Below are positions 1 through 9,145 of a stretch of 45,403 nt of DNA, in pieces. The notes beneath the pieces are model-generated. The model was not told the DNA's origin. It was given only the letters and a program-made list of their open reading frames with translations, and searched no databases. Numbering within the stretch: position 1 is the first letter of the stretch; each line of letters opens with the position of its first letter. The DNA comes from Escherichia phage ECBP5: sequence record NC_027330.1; one strand, written 5' to 3'. A program made the position numbers and the translations under genes.

Positions 1-208
1 AGCAGGGAATTATCTTTAAGGTTTAATGAATCTAATAAGCGCATGGATGCATTGCTAAGTGCAATGAATAGGGCTAACCCTCTATCAGTAGAGTATGAGG
101 AGCTTAGTAAAATGGCTCACAGCGAGTTGCAAACAATGCAAGCTATTAACAACAGCTCATTGCAACAACTAGAAATGCACTGGACAACCTCAGGTGACTT
201 TAGCCACC
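1..208. repeat. Exact duplicate of 45196-45403 (208 bp); wrap-around of a circularly permuted assembly
   Basis: First 208 bases are identical to the last 208 bases; an ORF starting at 45193 continues in frame into 1..234. Confidence 0.9.
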
Positions 209-234
209 TTCCAGCAGTGGGGATTGGGTTCTAA
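1..234 (+). CDS. Early hypothetical protein, 3' portion of the ORF that starts at 45193 (about 78 aa in total)
   Basis: Position 1 is in frame with ATG at 45193; stop TAA at 232-234. Confidence 0.5.
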   Translation, partial: SRELSLRFNESNKRMDALLSAMNRANPLSVEYEELSKMAHSELQTMQAINNSSLQQLEMHWTTSGDFSHLPAVGIGF

Positions 235-374
235 TGGATTACTTAACACGTATTGCAGCAGCAGAAAGCAAGCTGGCTATAGCTAACTTCTTGGGTGATA
301 AGAAGATGAGAGGGGAAGCTATTCAGGCCATTCACAAAGCTAAACTGGAGTATAGAAACTATGTCAAACGTTAG
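234..374 (+). CDS. Small hypothetical protein (46 aa)
   Basis: ATG shares a base with the upstream stop (TAATG) and the ORF overlaps the next start; below the ORF-track size cutoff. Confidence 0.3.
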   Translation: MDYLTRIAAAESKLAIANFLGDKKMRGEAIQAIHKAKLEYRNYVKR

Positions 375-621
375 AGATAGGGCAGCATCTTATCAGACAC
401 TAGAGTCTTTTAATGTGGATAGCAGAAGTTACCCTAGCCGCACGGTTCGTGGTATGTACCAGCAAGAGCAGCAGATTGCTAAAGCTGAGGAGGCTGGCTT
501 GATAGTCACAGCAGCTGATTTACAGCATACTCATAGCTGCGAGTGCTGTGGTGAGAATGAGGCATACCCTGACGGATTATGTGGCAAATGTTGGAATGAG
601 CTTAAGGCTCACAATGAGTAG
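361..621 (+). CDS. Early hypothetical protein, Cys-rich C-terminus (possible zinc-binding)
   Basis: 86-aa ORF ending HSCECCGENEAYPDGLCGKCWNE. Confidence 0.6.
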   Translation: MSNVRDRAASYQTLESFNVDSRSYPSRTVRGMYQQEQQIAKAEEAGLIVTAADLQHTHSCECCGENEAYPDGLCGKCWNELKAHNE

Positions 622-694
622 TTCACTTTAAGCCAGCAGGAGCTTGCTGGCTTATGGGGAGATACCCATAACTAACTAACTTGAGGTTAACAAG

Positions 695-1729
695 ATGCAA
701 AACATTAATGACTCTCTGCTGGCTATCATCAAGGGCTTTGACAAGATGACTGTTAAGGCTGCTTGGACTGAGGTTGATGCGCTGGGTGTAGATGTTAGCT
801 CATTGAATACCAAAACCCGTGAGGGCTTTATTACCTCTCTTGACCAGCTGCGCGTAAGCCTGAATGAGGCAGCTGTAGTTGAGGAGGAAGCTACTCTGAT
901 GTCTGAGCTGGATTGCTTAGAGGGTGAGATTAAGGCTACTATCGCTGATGCTGGTAAGGCTACTTTCCACTTAGGCGAGCTGCTGCTGAAAGCTAAAGAT
1001 GCTCACGAAAGCACACCGGACTTTCTGAAGTGGGTAGATGAGAAGTTTGGAATCAAGAAAGCTTGGGCTTATCGCTTGATGAAAGTGGCTAGCGTATTCC
1101 AAGAGGATGCATGGAAAGCAACTGCTGTTGAGGTGCTGTACACCCTGCAATCCCAAGCCACTGACAGCCAGCTTGAGCAAGCCAGAGAGCTGGCTGAGGC
1201 TGGCAAGCTAAACCGCAAGACTCTCTCCGAGCTGCTGGAACCTGTAGCGCCACCAGTTAAACAAGCTGAGCAGCCAGAGCCACAGAGTAGCCAGAAGCTG
1301 CTGCAACAAGCTGCGGACAGCCTGATTGCAAGCGCTGCTGAGCCACAGGAGGCCGCGCCACAGCTGCCAGAGTCTAGTGCACTAGACAGCAAGCCACAGG
1401 AGGATAAAGAAGACTTGATGGAGCTTGTAAGAGATTTACGTGAGCAACTGGCACTACAGCAGCAGCAGAATGCGGAGCTTATGAAGCAAATCACAGAGGC
1501 TAATAAGCCACGCATAGCGGCTAGTAACGCGCCTATGCTGCCTCAGTTCTCTAGCACTTGCATGTACGCCCGTTTAGGGCTGGCTGCTGAGGATGCAGCA
1601 GATAAGGCTAAGATTCTGGAAGCATTCAAGAGCTTGTGTAAGGCTGGCTATGGCCGCCAGCATGAAGCGTATAGCTTGCTTGATGAAGCTCGCCATAAGC
1701 TCATTCACGCTATGGAGGACGCAGCATGA
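695..1729 (+). CDS. Early hypothetical protein with Q/A/P-rich low-complexity central region
   Basis: 344-aa ORF with GAGG-type RBS upstream; no recognised catalytic motif. Confidence 0.7.
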   Translation: MQNINDSLLAIIKGFDKMTVKAAWTEVDALGVDVSSLNTKTREGFITSLDQLRVSLNEAAVVEEEATLMSELDCLEGEIKATIADAGKATFHLGELLLKAKDAHESTPDFLKWVDEKFGIKKAWAYRLMKVASVFQEDAWKATAVEVLYTLQSQATDSQLEQARELAEAGKLNRKTLSELLEPVAPPVKQAEQPEPQSSQKLLQQAADSLIASAAEPQEAAPQLPESSALDSKPQEDKEDLMELVRDLREQLALQQQQNAELMKQITEANKPRIAASNAPMLPQFSSTCMYARLGLAAEDAADKAKILEAFKSLCKAGYGRQHEAYSLLDEARHKLIHAMEDAA

Positions 1730-1911
1730 TTAACGGGAAACTCTATTTCTCAGAAGTTACTCACTGCTATTATCTGGTTAATGGTGATAGCTACCATTAT
1801 TATGAAACTTTTAGAAATACTCTTTGGCAGAAAAGCATTAATAATGCAGCACTTTTATTCTATTCACGAATAGATTTAAGGTTGTTGGGTAACAACTTCA
1901 GGCTTAAGTAA
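1726..1911 (+). CDS. Small hypothetical protein (61 aa)
   Basis: ATGA start/stop overlap with the upstream gene; AT-rich; weak support. Confidence 0.35.
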   Translation: MINGKLYFSEVTHCYYLVNGDSYHYYETFRNTLWQKSINNAALLFYSRIDLRLLGNNFRLK

Positions 1912-1960
1912 CTACTGGCGGCTAGCGATAGCCGCTATCAACTCTTTATAAGGAAATCAG

Positions 1961-4594
1961 ATGTACACTAGCGATGAGCTTTACCAGAAACAACTTGAGC
2001 TAGAAGGGGAGATGCATGGCTACGGTGTTACTCGCTTTGACCGTAACAACCAACGTGCGATTGATAGCGGTACACCTTCAGACACTGATTGGAACCGCCG
2101 TTTACTTTCTAACTTCATTGAGCCTATGGTGAAGGGTATTAATGCTTATAAGGAGTACTACAAGACTAAAGCTGGACGGCCTACAGTGGCTTTAAAGTAC
2201 ATCCGGCAGGTGCAGCCAGAGCAAGCGGCATACATCGCCATTAAGAACATTCTGGATGTGCTGGGTAGTACAACATTTGATGCTAACTGGCTTGTTACCA
2301 CTATTGGGCGTAGGATTGAAGACCAAGTAAGATTTACTAAGCTTGAGGAGGCTGCACCTAAGTATGTAGGCAAGGTTAAGGATAGCTTAGCTAAGCGCAA
2401 CTCTCTCCAGTATGCACACCAGCATAAGGTACTGGTCGCTACTGAGAAGAAGCTAGCGGAGAATCCAGACCGTGCTCAGCTTGAGCTGCCACGCTGGCAG
2501 GAGTGGGCTGAGGAGGATTGCAAGCACGTTGGTAGCTTGCTGGTCAATATCTTTGAGCAGTGTATTCTGTTTGAGGGTGAGCCAGTAATCCGCAAGGAGG
2601 TGCAGACAGTTCGCAAAGGTACACTGGTCTTCATCAAGCCTACTGAGAAAGTTACCAAGTGGATTCATGAGTTCAGAGAGGCTATTGGCGGGCTTGCTCC
2701 AGCTTACGCACCTTGCGTAGTTCCTCCGCTTGATTGGACTTCCCCATTTACTGGCGGGTTCCATACTGAAGCTGTTAGCAGCACTCTACATCTTGCTAAG
2801 GTTCGCAACAAGCGCCACCTGCGCAAGCTGACTAAAGAGCAGATGCCAGCAGTCTACAAGGCTGTAAATAACTTGCAGAAAGTGCGCTGGCGTATCTCTG
2901 AGCGTGTACTGGCAACCGCTAATACACTAGTGGAGCTGGGCTTGCCTTATGCGCTGCCGTCAAAGGATGAAAGCGACTGGAAAGAAAAGAATCCATGCCC
3001 TGTACCTGAGTACCTGCAAGACCTGCGAGGCGAGCAGCTGAAAGCGGCGCTTACTGCCAGCCAGTGGGAGGCTTTTCAAGAGTGGAAACAACTGGCACGC
3101 CAGAACTACGACGAGGAGAGCGAGCGCGTAGCAAGCTTTAGGGAAGTTGTTCGTACTTTAGGGCAGGCTAACCGCTACGTTGGCTTTGATGCAATCTACT
3201 TTGTGTACACGCTGGACTTTCGCGGGCGTGTCTACTGCCAGAGCAGCCTTGTAAGCCCACAGGGTGGCGACTTGCAGAAAGCCCTCATCAAGTTTGCGGA
3301 TGGTATGAAGCTGGGTGAGCGCGGCGAGTACTGGTTCAAGGTGCATGGCGCTAACGAATGGGGCTGGGATAAGAAGACCTTTGATGAGCGCGTAGCTCTG
3401 GTCAGCGAACCTGAGTTCTGCGAGATGTGCCTAGACATTGCCAGTGACCCAGTGACCTTCAATGACTGGATTAAGGCCGATAAGCCGTGGCAGTTCCTCA
3501 ACTGGTGCTTTGAGTATGCTGACTTCCTGAAGCATGTGCAATCAGCTGGCAACCCACAGGACTTTGTAAGCTATATCCCTTGTGCAATGGATGGTTCTTG
3601 CTCTGGCATCCAGCACTACTCTGCAATGCTGCGCGATACTGTTGGCGGTACTGCTGTTAACTTGGTTAACTCTGACAAGCCTAATGACATCTACGGAGAG
3701 GTCTGCAAGGTGACTATTAAAGAGCTGCAAGCAATTGCTGACGGCTCACAGGTATATGACAGCAAGATTGACCCTGTATTAGCTCAGCAGCTGGCGCAGG
3801 AGTGGCTACGTCTGCAACCAAATCGCAGCCTGACCAAGAAACCTGTTATGACCCTGCCTTACGGCAGCACTCAGTTAACCTGCCGTGAGCATGTTAGCCA
3901 GTGGCTTAAAGATTTGCAGAAGGAGGAGAACAAGCGAGCTAAGGCAGAGTTCAGAGAGCCTATGAAGGTACACGCTTTCGGCGATGCAGACAGCGCTATG
4001 CCGCTAAAGTTTGCTGAGTCTCTTATGACTAGCATTGTTTGGCACTCTATCGGCAAGGTTGTAGTAGCTGCGAGGGCTGGTATGGCTTACATCAAAGCCG
4101 TAACAAGCTCAGTGGCTAAGATGAATATGCCGCTTGAGTGGACTACTCCAACAGGCTTTATTGTCCGTCAGGAGATTTACCAGTTCACAACACGTCAGGT
4201 AAATACTCAGCTGCTGGGTGGAACTAAGTTTGTGGTCAGCACTAAGAGTAAAGATATTGATTATCATCGTATGATTAACTCCTGTGCGCCTAACTTTGTT
4301 CACTCAATGGATGCGAGCCACCTTACACTGGCAACTAACTACTTTGCAGATGCAGGTATTAGCAGCATTGCAGTAATCCATGATAGCTTTGGCACACATG
4401 CAGGAGCCACTGACCTGCTGCGTGAGCGTCTGCGAGCTTCAATGGTAGATATGTACGAACAGCATGACGTTATCACTAACTTCCTTGCTGAAACTGAGGG
4501 CAGACTTATGACAGCTTTTGAGCACATTCGAGTGCCAGAGCGTGGTGAGCTGCAACTTGATAGCATTAATCAATCTACATACGCTTTTGCGTGA
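1961..4594 (+). CDS. Single-subunit DNA-directed RNA polymerase (T7 gene 1 homologue)
   Basis: 877 aa; T7 RNAP-like segments DGSCSGIQHYSAMLRD, APNFVHSMDASHL, HDSFGTHA and C-terminal ...YAFA. Confidence 0.95.
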   Translation: MYTSDELYQKQLELEGEMHGYGVTRFDRNNQRAIDSGTPSDTDWNRRLLSNFIEPMVKGINAYKEYYKTKAGRPTVALKYIRQVQPEQAAYIAIKNILDVLGSTTFDANWLVTTIGRRIEDQVRFTKLEEAAPKYVGKVKDSLAKRNSLQYAHQHKVLVATEKKLAENPDRAQLELPRWQEWAEEDCKHVGSLLVNIFEQCILFEGEPVIRKEVQTVRKGTLVFIKPTEKVTKWIHEFREAIGGLAPAYAPCVVPPLDWTSPFTGGFHTEAVSSTLHLAKVRNKRHLRKLTKEQMPAVYKAVNNLQKVRWRISERVLATANTLVELGLPYALPSKDESDWKEKNPCPVPEYLQDLRGEQLKAALTASQWEAFQEWKQLARQNYDEESERVASFREVVRTLGQANRYVGFDAIYFVYTLDFRGRVYCQSSLVSPQGGDLQKALIKFADGMKLGERGEYWFKVHGANEWGWDKKTFDERVALVSEPEFCEMCLDIASDPVTFNDWIKADKPWQFLNWCFEYADFLKHVQSAGNPQDFVSYIPCAMDGSCSGIQHYSAMLRDTVGGTAVNLVNSDKPNDIYGEVCKVTIKELQAIADGSQVYDSKIDPVLAQQLAQEWLRLQPNRSLTKKPVMTLPYGSTQLTCREHVSQWLKDLQKEENKRAKAEFREPMKVHAFGDADSAMPLKFAESLMTSIVWHSIGKVVVAARAGMAYIKAVTSSVAKMNMPLEWTTPTGFIVRQEIYQFTTRQVNTQLLGGTKFVVSTKSKDIDYHRMINSCAPNFVHSMDASHLTLATNYFADAGISSIAVIHDSFGTHAGATDLLRERLRASMVDMYEQHDVITNFLAETEGRLMTAFEHIRVPERGELQLDSINQSTYAFA

Positions 4595-4603
4595 GGTGAC
4601 AAG

Positions 4604-5008
4604 ATGGAAAACTTTAAAGTAACTGAGCTTGATGATGAATTCATTATTATCCAAGAGTATGCTTGGCAGCGTCCAGAAACTATCACAGTATCTATAACAG
4701 AGACTGATGAAGCTGGTAACACTAAATTGGTCAAAGAGTGGAAAGAGCAGCGCAAGCCAGAGAATAAAGAGCTTCTTGCTGACATCTATATCTTTAATAA
4801 AAGCCAGCTAGATATGATGCGGTGGAATTATCAACTAGGTAACTGTCCTATTACTCAGAAGGGCTTACGTCGCTACTCGCTGGCTTATGGAAGCGGTAAT
4901 AACTGGTTTGGTTGCCCAGCAAGGACAGCTAAGCAGATGCTTAAGAGAGGTGTAGCTATACCTAAAGAGCTGTATGGATTATTCACTCATGTAAATGGAG
5001 CCTACTAA
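4604..5008 (+). CDS. Hypothetical protein (134 aa)
   Basis: ORF with GAGGTGA RBS 6 nt upstream. Confidence 0.6.
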   Translation: MENFKVTELDDEFIIIQEYAWQRPETITVSITETDEAGNTKLVKEWKEQRKPENKELLADIYIFNKSQLDMMRWNYQLGNCPITQKGLRRYSLAYGSGNNWFGCPARTAKQMLKRGVAIPKELYGLFTHVNGAY

Positions 5009-5184
5009 TGGAAGCTTTAATTAAAGGGCAGACCGTGTGGATTCACAGCTACACAGTGGGTCATGGTAACAACATTAAGCTCAAGCAGAGCGTCCACACG
5101 GATAAAGAGAAAGCCGTAGAAGCTTGGCGCTTGTTGGGTGGTTGGTTTAATGAGGCTGTAATTGTTGGAGTTGGTCAACAATGA
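5008..5184 (+). CDS. Small hypothetical protein (58 aa)
   Basis: TAATG overlap with upstream stop and ATGA overlap with downstream start; not in ORF track (<60 aa). Confidence 0.4.
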   Translation: MEALIKGQTVWIHSYTVGHGNNIKLKQSVHTDKEKAVEAWRLLGGWFNEAVIVGVGQQ

Positions 5185-5525
5185 AACTAAGTTATGAAGA
5201 ACTTGAGGCCAAGTGCGCTGCGCTGGCTGCGGAGAATGCGGGGCTGAAGAGTATACAGGAGTGGGCGGTTTCAGGCGTATTTAAATCAGGAGCTAAGGTA
5301 TTCGAGTCAACCAAAGCATCAGGATTTGACACTGACGACTGCCTACATGATGCGGTGCTTGTGATGCTATCTGAGCTGAAAACCCCGGCCACCGACGCTT
5401 TTCTGGCTGAAGTACGGGCGCAGGGTGTGGAGATGTTTGCAAAATATATAGCCCTTTACAATTCCAACTCAGAGCACCATGCGCAATCGTTCGCCGCACA
5501 GCTTCGCAAAGGGGTGCAGTTATGA
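5181..5525 (+). CDS. Hypothetical protein (114 aa)
   Basis: ORF translationally coupled to flanking genes. Confidence 0.6.
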   Translation: MKLSYEELEAKCAALAAENAGLKSIQEWAVSGVFKSGAKVFESTKASGFDTDDCLHDAVLVMLSELKTPATDAFLAEVRAQGVEMFAKYIALYNSNSEHHAQSFAAQLRKGVQL

Positions 5526-5743
5526 AACTTGTATTAGTCCTAGGGCTTGCTGATGGTCGTGTAATTGAGTGGCCTGATGATGCTGCACCTAAGTCTGTTA
5601 AGCCACCTGTCAACCGTGAAGGTGTTACGCAAACTTACAGCCTTGTAGGTTTCGTAGGTAACGAGGCTTACTATATACCTGAGTACACTACAGCAGCTCA
5701 GGCAATCAAACTATTAGTGGGGAGGGTATATGAGGAAGGTTAA
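5522..5743 (+). CDS. Hypothetical protein (73 aa)
   Basis: ATGA overlap with upstream gene. Confidence 0.5.
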   Translation: MKLVLVLGLADGRVIEWPDDAAPKSVKPPVNREGVTQTYSLVGFVGNEAYYIPEYTTAAQAIKLLVGRVYEEG

Positions 5744-5948
5744 TGTTAAGAAAAGTAAAATGAGAGGTACTGGAAATGTTTACCCAGGCCACCTAAGGCC
5801 TGACACCTATGAAAGGTTTACTGTTGAGGCCATGTTTCACCAGTTTATGCAAGAATCAATAGGTGATAAGGTGGAGGTTGTAGCAGTAGTTGAGTACAGA
5901 GATGGCACTGTAGAAACTGTACCATTATCTGCTATTAGCTTTGGGTAA
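5730..5948 (+). CDS. Hypothetical protein (72 aa)
   Basis: GGGAGGG RBS upstream of ATG; followed by a terminator hairpin. Confidence 0.5.
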   Translation: MRKVNVKKSKMRGTGNVYPGHLRPDTYERFTVEAMFHQFMQESIGDKVEVVAVVEYRDGTVETVPLSAISFG

Positions 5949-5954
5949 GTCACA

Positions 5955-5984
5955 GGCAGCTACTTAGGTGGCTGCCTTTTCTTT
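5955..5984 (+). terminator. Rho-independent terminator candidate closing the early/RNAP operon
   Basis: GGCAGC...GCTGCC stem followed by TTTTCTTTT. Confidence 0.5.
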
Positions 5985-5994
5985 TATCTGGCTT

Positions 5995-6078
5995 GTACTA
6001 GTTTGATAGTACAGTTGTTGAGAGTTATTCTCAGTCTAGTATACTAGACTAGACCGAATCGTACTAGTTGGCTAGTAC
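5995..6078. repeat. Cluster of three short palindromes
   Basis: GTACTAGTTTGATAGTAC, AGTCTAGTATACTAGACT and GTACTAGTTGGCTAGTAC in tandem. Confidence 0.7.
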
Positions 6079-6153
6079 AACAGGCGTTCCTACGTGAATA
6101 CTTTAAAATTTTGCGGGCGATTATCCGTCAGAATTTAAAGTTTTCTGAAAATC

Positions 6154-6175
6154 TTTAGGCACTACAATAGGGAGC
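6154..6175 (+). promoter_or_regulatory. Phage-RNAP promoter candidate (consensus copy)
   Basis: TTTAGGCACTACAATAGGGAGC; resembles the T7-class promoter layout (CACTA..ATAGG core, +1 G). Confidence 0.6.
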
Positions 6176-6274
6176 AAGCTAAGTAAGTTAAGTAAGCTAT
6201 AGTAAGCTAACTAAAGCTTAGTAAGCTCCCCTCTTTCCCTCTTTATAGAGGGATATAATATAGTAAGCCTTATC

Positions 6275-6313
6275 AGCCCTCTTGAGTGTAGTAGCTCAGG
6301 AGGGCTTTATTTT
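6275..6313 (+). terminator. Rho-independent terminator candidate
   Basis: 12-bp stem AGCCCTCTTGAG/CTCAGGAGGGCT (one mismatch) followed by TTATTTT. Confidence 0.6.
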
Positions 6314-6331
6314 GTCTAGTACACTAGACTG
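6313..6331. repeat. Palindrome AGTCTAGTACACTAGACT family copy
   Basis: GTCTAGTACACTAGACTGG. Confidence 0.7.
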
Positions 6332-6335
6332 GAGA

Positions 6336-6357
6336 CTTAGGCACTCCAATAGATAAC
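6336..6357 (+). promoter_or_regulatory. Phage-RNAP promoter candidate (variant)
   Basis: CTTAGGCACTCCAATAGATAAC; two substitutions relative to consensus. Confidence 0.45.
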
Positions 6358-6375
6358 TAATCAACGGAGCAGTTT

Positions 6376-6528
6376 ATGCAAACTAGTATTAAGCCAGAGA
6401 AGATGCAGTCTAAGAAGCTACGTAAGCTGAATGAGAAGGAGCAAGAGGAGCTTGCAATCCGTCAGCAGCATAAGGGCAAGCACCATAAGACCCAGCGTGG
6501 CAAGCGCCCTGAGTGGGAGGCTTATTAA
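6376..6528 (+). CDS. Small basic hypothetical protein (50 aa)
   Basis: GGAG RBS upstream; K/R-rich; stop 2 nt before the primase-helicase ATG; not in ORF track. Confidence 0.45.
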   Translation: MQTSIKPEKMQSKKLRKLNEKEQEELAIRQQHKGKHHKTQRGKRPEWEAY

Positions 6529-6530
6529 GT

Positions 6531-8543
6531 ATGTCTATTGTTATGAACCTACCTTGTCCTGCCTGTCAAAAGAATGGTGCAGATAGGCATGGTAAATATT
6601 TGATGGTATTCAGTGACGGAGGAAAACTCTGCTTACATACTCACAACCATGATAACCGTGAGCGCTACTATGAGCCACCAGATGGTAAAGACCCTGTGTT
6701 TGACCGTGAGATTGATGGCAAGGTTCAGTATTCTCCTGAGCAGTTCCGCAAGCTGGAATCAGATGGCAAGCTGAGTGATTCTTTTACTCGTCATCTGGCT
6801 ATGTCTGGTATGAGGATGAAAGACCGCTATGAGATTCTCACTGATGATGAGCGCACAGCTCTGGAGAATGAGTGGCGCATGGACATGGAGTGGTTTGATG
6901 GTCTTTCCTTTAAGTCACTAGCTGACCGTGGCATACACGGACTAATCGCCAAGCTTTATAATGTGCGAGTGGGTCATGATGAGTCTGGTAAAGTCGTCCG
7001 TCACTACTACCCTACTTATGACAGCCAGCTCAATCTGATTGGAGCTAAGTGTCGTACACTGCCTAAAGAATTTATGTTCGGGCATCTTGGTCGTCGCTTT
7101 GGTGATACTGCATTGTTCGGTATTCATACCCAGCAGGCTGTACTTGATAGTGGTACGTTCAAGAAAGGTAAGATGGGTAAGCTGCTGGTAGTTGGCGGTG
7201 AGTGCGATGCGATGGCAGCTCAGCAGATGCTTGTCAAGAGTCTCAATAAGCTTGAGCAGTTCAATGGGCTGAAGTCACTTGATGGCCTGCGTCTGGCTCA
7301 TGTGTGGTCGCCAACTAAAGGCGAGACAGCACTAGAGGAGATAGTAGCTAACCGTGAATACCTCAATCAGTTTGAGGATATTGTATGGGGCTTTGATAAT
7401 GACGATGTAGGCAACAAGCTTAACCTTGACTGCTCCCGCCTGTTCAGACAGAAGTCTAAGTTCTTTAACTACCCAGCTGGGTGCAAGGATGCCAATGACT
7501 GCCTGCTCAAAGGTAGAGAGAAAGAGTTTGTAGATGCATGGTGGCAGCCAGCAGAGGCTAGAGTTAAGGGCAAGCTGCGAGAGGCTGGTCACTACGCTAA
7601 GCGAGCTAAGCAAGCTGTAGAGATGGGCTTGTCATACTTCTGTGAAGCTCTCAACATGATTACATTTGGTATTCGCCTGCGTTACTTGTCTGTGTGGGGT
7701 GCGGGTACTGGTGTTGGTAAGACTGAGATTACTACTCAGCATATTACTAGCCTTATCAAGCAAGGTAAGCCAGTGGTAGCTATCTACCTTGAGAACAGTC
7801 CAGAAGAAGTCCTCAAGATGGTGGCAAGCCAGATGGCTAACAAGGACTTTATGAGTCCACCACTAGGTGAGGATGATGAGTACGATGCATCTAGGGATTA
7901 CACTCAAGAGGAATTAGACGCTACAATAGATGACTTAGTAGCAACTGGCTTGCTTATCATACCGGACCTTGAAGGTAGTAAGGATGTAAACGTAATAATG
8001 GAAGTCCTTGAAGATGCATTAGCATTAGGCTACCAGTATTATGTTATTGATAACCTGACAGCCTTTGAGCACTACGTAGATGGTAAGGTTCAAGTGGGTG
8101 TAGCTGCTATTGATGAGACTATGAAGCGCATCGGTACGTTTAAGGATGAGCATGACGTCAACATTATGCTTCTCACTCACTTAAGTAGACCAGAGAAAGG
8201 CCGTGACCCTCATGAGCTTGGTGGTGAAGTCTATATCACTGACTTACGTGGTGCAGGCTCTATCAGCTTTTGGGCTAATGGTGTATGGGGCATCGAGCGT
8301 AATACACAGGCTGAAGCTATCAGTGACAAGTGTACTACGCTGCTGCGTAACCTCAAGTCTCGTGGTGTAGGCCACAAGGTAGGCTCCACAGTTGTGCTCC
8401 GCAAGGACATTACAACTGGTGAGTTTGAGTACCTTGAAGGTGTTCATGAGCTGCCTCAGGTTGGCAGGAAGAAGAAGGAGAGCAAGCGTGATGCGCAAGC
8501 TCAACGGTTTATTGATGATGCAGATACTGACGGAGAGTTCTAA
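6531..8543 (+). CDS. Bifunctional DNA primase-helicase (T7 gp4-like)
   Basis: N-terminal Cys4 zinc ribbon CPACQ...CLHTHNH, TOPRIM-like acidic motifs, Walker A GAGTGVGKTE, acidic C-terminus ending in Phe (DTDGEF); start set at ATG 6531 (GGGAGG RBS) rather than GTG 6513. Confidence 0.92.
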   Translation: MSIVMNLPCPACQKNGADRHGKYLMVFSDGGKLCLHTHNHDNRERYYEPPDGKDPVFDREIDGKVQYSPEQFRKLESDGKLSDSFTRHLAMSGMRMKDRYEILTDDERTALENEWRMDMEWFDGLSFKSLADRGIHGLIAKLYNVRVGHDESGKVVRHYYPTYDSQLNLIGAKCRTLPKEFMFGHLGRRFGDTALFGIHTQQAVLDSGTFKKGKMGKLLVVGGECDAMAAQQMLVKSLNKLEQFNGLKSLDGLRLAHVWSPTKGETALEEIVANREYLNQFEDIVWGFDNDDVGNKLNLDCSRLFRQKSKFFNYPAGCKDANDCLLKGREKEFVDAWWQPAEARVKGKLREAGHYAKRAKQAVEMGLSYFCEALNMITFGIRLRYLSVWGAGTGVGKTEITTQHITSLIKQGKPVVAIYLENSPEEVLKMVASQMANKDFMSPPLGEDDEYDASRDYTQEELDATIDDLVATGLLIIPDLEGSKDVNVIMEVLEDALALGYQYYVIDNLTAFEHYVDGKVQVGVAAIDETMKRIGTFKDEHDVNIMLLTHLSRPEKGRDPHELGGEVYITDLRGAGSISFWANGVWGIERNTQAEAISDKCTTLLRNLKSRGVGHKVGSTVVLRKDITTGEFEYLEGVHELPQVGRKKKESKRDAQAQRFIDDADTDGEF

Positions 8544-8728
8544 TGATTGACACCCTTATTAAAATGTTCAAATTGGCGAGGGCTAACCCCGATGCCTTCT
8601 GTGATGGCGGTACAGTAGGTGAAAAGTGCTCTGGCATTAGTTGCCATGACTGCCCCTTCTCCTCAACCTCTAATCTTAATGCAACAATTGTTGAGCTTGA
8701 GAAAGCTCAGGAGAAACAAGATGTCTGA
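8543..8728 (+). CDS. Small Cys-rich hypothetical protein (61 aa)
   Basis: TAATG overlap with the helicase stop. Confidence 0.45.
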   Translation: MIDTLIKMFKLARANPDAFCDGGTVGEKCSGISCHDCPFSSTSNLNATIVELEKAQEKQDV

Positions 8729-8966
8729 AGTTAAAATCAGTGTACAAGTTTTCCCTAAACTTGCAGTAGAAGGGGAGGAGCATACTGTTACCCGTGTAGT
8801 TGCAACAGCTGACTGTGGTGATACAGGCTATTCAAGCGAGGAGTACCTTGTAGACCAAGCAGTAGAGAAGCTTGAAGGGTTTAATCGCGAGGATGTTATT
8901 GCAGCAACTAAGCGTGAAATACTGCGCGAGCTGACTGTTATCCTTGTAGCTAACGGAGTGCTATAA
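8721..8966 (+). CDS. Hypothetical protein (81 aa)
   Basis: GGAGAAAC RBS before ATG 8721; the ORF-track start at 8619 would overlap the upstream gene. Confidence 0.5.
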   Translation: MSEVKISVQVFPKLAVEGEEHTVTRVVATADCGDTGYSSEEYLVDQAVEKLEGFNREDVIAATKREILRELTVILVANGVL

Positions 8967-9145
8967 TGAAACGCATCACTGTTAAGAAAGGCGGCTTGTG
9001 GTACTTCATCACCCTGTTCACTCGCTATGGCGAGAAGCTCATGGTTAAGAACGTAACTGATGAGGAAACTGTCAGTCAGTATGGTCTTAGTTATGTAGTA
9101 TCAGAAGTTTACAAGGCACACAACGAGGTAATAGGTAACGTATGA
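8966..9145 (+). CDS. Small hypothetical protein (59 aa)
   Basis: Start/stop overlaps on both sides; not in ORF track. Confidence 0.4.
   Translation: MKRITVKKGGLWYFITLFTRYGEKLMVKNVTDEETVSQYGLSYVVSEVYKAHNEVIGNV

Noticed and set aside
1-208. Interpreting the 208-bp end duplication as the genuine direct terminal repeat
   Set aside because: The repeat lies inside a coding gene far from the repeat-rich, promoter-containing terminus-like region; it is more simply explained as an assembly wrap-around
1069-1515. 148-aa minus-strand ORF (Cys/Ser-rich), and the other minus-strand ORFs in the track (e.g. 23419..23976, 14858..15367, 32481..32846)
   Set aside because: All lie antisense to well-supported + strand genes, have low-complexity composition, lack RBSs, and the genome is otherwise strictly unidirectional
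6513-6530. ORF-track N-terminal extensions (6513 GTG for primase-helicase; also 13743, 15385 GTG, 16449 TTG, 19968, 20440, 36059)
   Set aside because: Each extension overlaps the upstream gene or lacks an RBS, whereas an internal ATG/GTG with a good Shine-Dalgarno sequence and conserved N-terminus is available
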